Assembly (NCBI GenBank): GCA_963737655.1
Contig: CAVTTN010000002.1
Coordinates: 5,120,001-5,184,000, forward strand
Origin: an uncultured Planctomycetota bacterium
GTDB taxonomy: Bacteria > Planctomycetota > Planctomycetia > Isosphaerales > Isosphaeraceae
Length of the DNA stretch: 64,000 bases
Direction: 5' to 3'
The stretch's first letter is position 1; each line of letters opens with the position of its first letter. The notes under the pieces were generated by a model. It searched no databases and was not told where the DNA came from. It saw only the letters and a program-made list of their open reading frames with translations. Shown here piece by piece: positions 63,097 through 64,000 of this stretch. Both the position numbers and the translations under genes were made by a program.

Positions 63097-64000
63097 ATGA
63101 ATCTCCCCCGCCCGGATCGTCTCGCGTGGTCCGTGGTCCTGGCCCTCCTCGTCGCCGGGCCCGGGATTTCTCGGGCCGGCGAGGCCGAGAAGGCCCTGGG
63201 GGTCCTGCGGACCTATTGCTACTCGTGCCACGGCAAGCTCGGTCGCGACGAGGGCGGCCTGAACTTCGCGATCGACGGCCCTCGGCTCGTCCGGAGCGGC
63301 CTCGTCACGCCGAAGGAGCCCGAAAAGTCCCGCCTGCTCGCCCGGATGGCCTCGGGCGAGATGCCGCCGGCCGCCGATCCGCTCGTCCCGGACGAGCCTC
63401 CGCCCCGACCCTCGCCGGACGACGTCGCGACGGTCCGCCGATGGATCGCCTCGGGCGCGGAGCCGGCGGCCCTCGCCGTGTGGAAGTCGATCGCCCCGGG
63501 CCCGAGCGAGGCCGCCCGCCTGATCGAGTCCGACTTGAAGACGGCCGCCGAGGCCGACCGCCGCCACTTCCGCTATTTCACCCTGGCGAACCGGGCCGCC
63601 CTGGGCGACGGCGAGGACGCCTTGCAGGGCGCCGAAGCGCCCTGGCCAAGCTCCTCAACGGCCTCTCCTGGCATCGTCGCCTCCGCAATCCCTCGCCCGT
63701 CGATCCGGGCAAGACCCTCCTGAGGATCGACCTCCGCGATTTCCTCTGGGACGCCGACCGTTGGGAGACACTCGTCCGGGCCGATCCGTATGCCATGCCC
63801 CTGGAAGGGCCGTCGGCCCCGGCCGTCGCGGCGAGGACCGGCACCGATCGGCCGATCGTCCGGGTTGACTGGTTCCTCGCCTCCGCCTCCCGGGCCCCCC
63901 TGTATCACGAGCTCTTGAAGCTGCCCAACTCGATGGCGGAGCTGGAAAGCCGGCTGTTCGTGAAGATCGACGACGACCGCAAGAACGGCCGGACCGCCCG
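63097..64000 (+). CDS. planctomycete-type c-type cytochrome domain protein, runs off the window (frameshift near 63632)
   Basis: Signal peptide; CYSCHG, P..P..S.L, GEMPP, RWI..GA; continues ALAKLLNGLSW...LRIDLRD...RVDWF. Confidence 0.8.

Overview
GC-rich bacterial DNA. Gene content points to a planctomycete, probably Isosphaeraceae-like: LExR-type extracellular leaders, DUF1570, DUF1080, PEP-CTERM proteins and a planctomycete-type cytochrome c. About 16 single-base frameshifts occur, some in genes that should be conserved (waaA, phoB, phoR, rmlB), so most are probably uncorrected long-read indels rather than pseudogenes. In order the window holds: a Tat-exported DUF1570 metallopeptidase, a ROK kinase and rmlBA; an ABC-less type-I-like secretion locus (GAF-HlyD, HlyD, PqqD/RRE-like + M50 protease + HlyD fusion) followed by waaA, DUF3467 and a 1429-aa S8 protease with a LExR leader; cyanophycin synthetase divergent from an ABC transporter and DUF1854; GT2 and a methyltransferase; csrA; phoR-pstSCAB-phoB with two candidate Pho boxes; a Vgb/PKD surface protein; an atypical Hsp70; GH97; xylonate dehydratase and a deaminase; comM; two PEP-CTERM proteins; VIT-vWA; a DUF5678 + retropepsin pair; a zinc metalloprotease; a toxin-antitoxin pair whose toxin has an in-frame TAG; an FGE-like protein, DinB, DUF1080 and a truncated cytochrome c gene. 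Several GTAG-type REP/REPIN palindrome families lie between genes. No rRNA, tRNA, CRISPR array or transposase was recognised. The best candidate for an under-described system is the RRE-M50-HlyD secretion locus, which may process and export LExR-leader proteins. Family assignments come from motif recognition only; no searches were run.
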